This document shows positions 62,871 to 64,000 of a stretch of 64,000 nt of DNA, piece by piece. Within the stretch, counting starts at the first letter, position 1; each line of letters starts with the position of its first letter. Under the pieces are notes generated by a model. The model made no database searches, was not told the DNA's origin, and worked only from the letters and a program-made list of their open reading frames with translations. The position numbers and the translations under genes were made by a program. Source of the stretch: Podarcis pityusensis (taxonomy: Eukaryota); assembly GCA_964106645.2 (NCBI GenBank), contig OZ067043.1; one strand, written 5' to 3'.

Positions 62871-63477
62871 GTGAGGGCATGTGTTTTTCTAATCTGGGGA
62901 AGTTCAAGGTTGATTGAAGGAGCAGCAAATGGCTTTAACCAGAATCTAACGCAGCACAAAATGTTTCTTTAAAGAGAGTGCAGTTTCAGATTGGAATTCT
63001 AGCTGTGGCCAGCTATGAATTACTTAGCTTGAATCATTGATAAAAGCCGCCTGCAAAAACTCTGGGAACAATGAGATTGTGGTTTTTTTTCAACAATTTG
63101 AAGTTGGCTCATAATTATTGTGCATGCATGTCTCTGTTCTAGATGTAGGCATGTTATTCCCAATGCCACTTGGCAGGCAGTATCCTGATATTAAGACGGG
63201 GGTTTTCCTTTAATACAGCTCTATGCAGCGTTTTTTTAAAAGTAATTTGTATTAAAAATAATGCTACTTTAAAAATGTCTGCTGCCAATTTAATTATGCA
63301 GTAGATTTTTAACTGATTACTCTAACCAATTGTCTGATGTTTGTAGCCCAAACAATATGGCAGCATCACTTAAGAGAGCTACGTTTTCGAGGCTAAAAAG
63401 TGTGAAGCTCTGATTTTGGGGGGGGGGGGGGAAGGAGGGGTTATGATCCAGCCAGAGTTGAGCACTTTTGAAATCCT

Positions 63478-63521
63478 GTTAATTGGGGAGAGTTAAGAGT
63501 TAATTGGGGAGAGTTAAGAGT
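63478..63521. repeat. 21-bp tandem duplication
   Basis: gttaattggggagagttaaga twice. Confidence 0.9.
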
Positions 63522-64000
63522 GCACCCAACTTTTCCCTTTCAACCAGTGTGTCCGCAGGTGCTTGCTTCACTTTTTGTGGGATCATGTCTAAATTTTGTT
63601 TGAGGACACACATTCATATTTTCAGCTTAAAATGGACTGAGTGTTTTATCCCACATGGTTATTAATAAAAGGCTAATTCAGACTGTACTCTAAAAACATT
63701 CTTAAAAACATTATAGCTTCATCCTGTATTGGTTTGTTGTTTTCCCTGTCCTTCCTCTGAATAGCTCAGGGCAGCTTATGTTTTAGACCCAGCTTTGATT
63801 CAAGAGAACCAGCCCCCTGGGTCTTCAGACCACCTTCTCTGACTATCTCAATGTGGATAGTTTCTTGTCCTATTTATGGATGCATTTTGTTCCCAGCTCT
63901 TCAGGGCTGCCACCTTTCTTTCTCTTCACTGCCAATATAATGTTAAAAATGCAACTGGAACAAAGCATGCAAAATAGACCTGTCTTGTGTACATCATTCC

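Overview
This window is vertebrate genomic DNA, almost certainly from a squamate and probably a lacertid lizard, judged from the Sauria SINEs, a tRNA-Lys/CR1-tail SINE, and CR1/L2 LINEs. The whole window lies inside the laminin gamma-1 gene (LAMC1) on the + strand. Bases 1-44162 are the distal part of a very long intron 1; exon 1 is upstream and outside the window. Coding exons 2-10 follow (44163-62870). They have canonical AG/GT boundaries, splice into one open frame, and encode the rest of the LN domain, four LE (EGF-like) repeats, part of the fifth and the start of the L4 domain. The gene continues past the window end. The introns are dense with transposable elements: Sauria SINEs, L2, CR1, L1-like, RTE-like and Penelope fragments, several Tc1/mariner (pogo/Tigger-type) and hAT MITEs, and microsatellites. 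I see no prokaryotic system, CRISPR array or second protein-coding gene, and nearly all ORF-track entries are chance ORFs or TE-derived. The most unusual items are: (1) a decayed I/Nimb-type LINE with RNase H and CCHC remnants, a clade not typical of amniotes; (2) a CpG-rich MITE built from tandem hairpins, nested in a SINE; (3) a MITE family with a shared scaffold but a swapped internal repeat motif; (4) an inverted CR1 pair tightly flanking exon 2, an arrangement that favours circular RNA. TE family names come from recognising motifs by eye, not from database searches.
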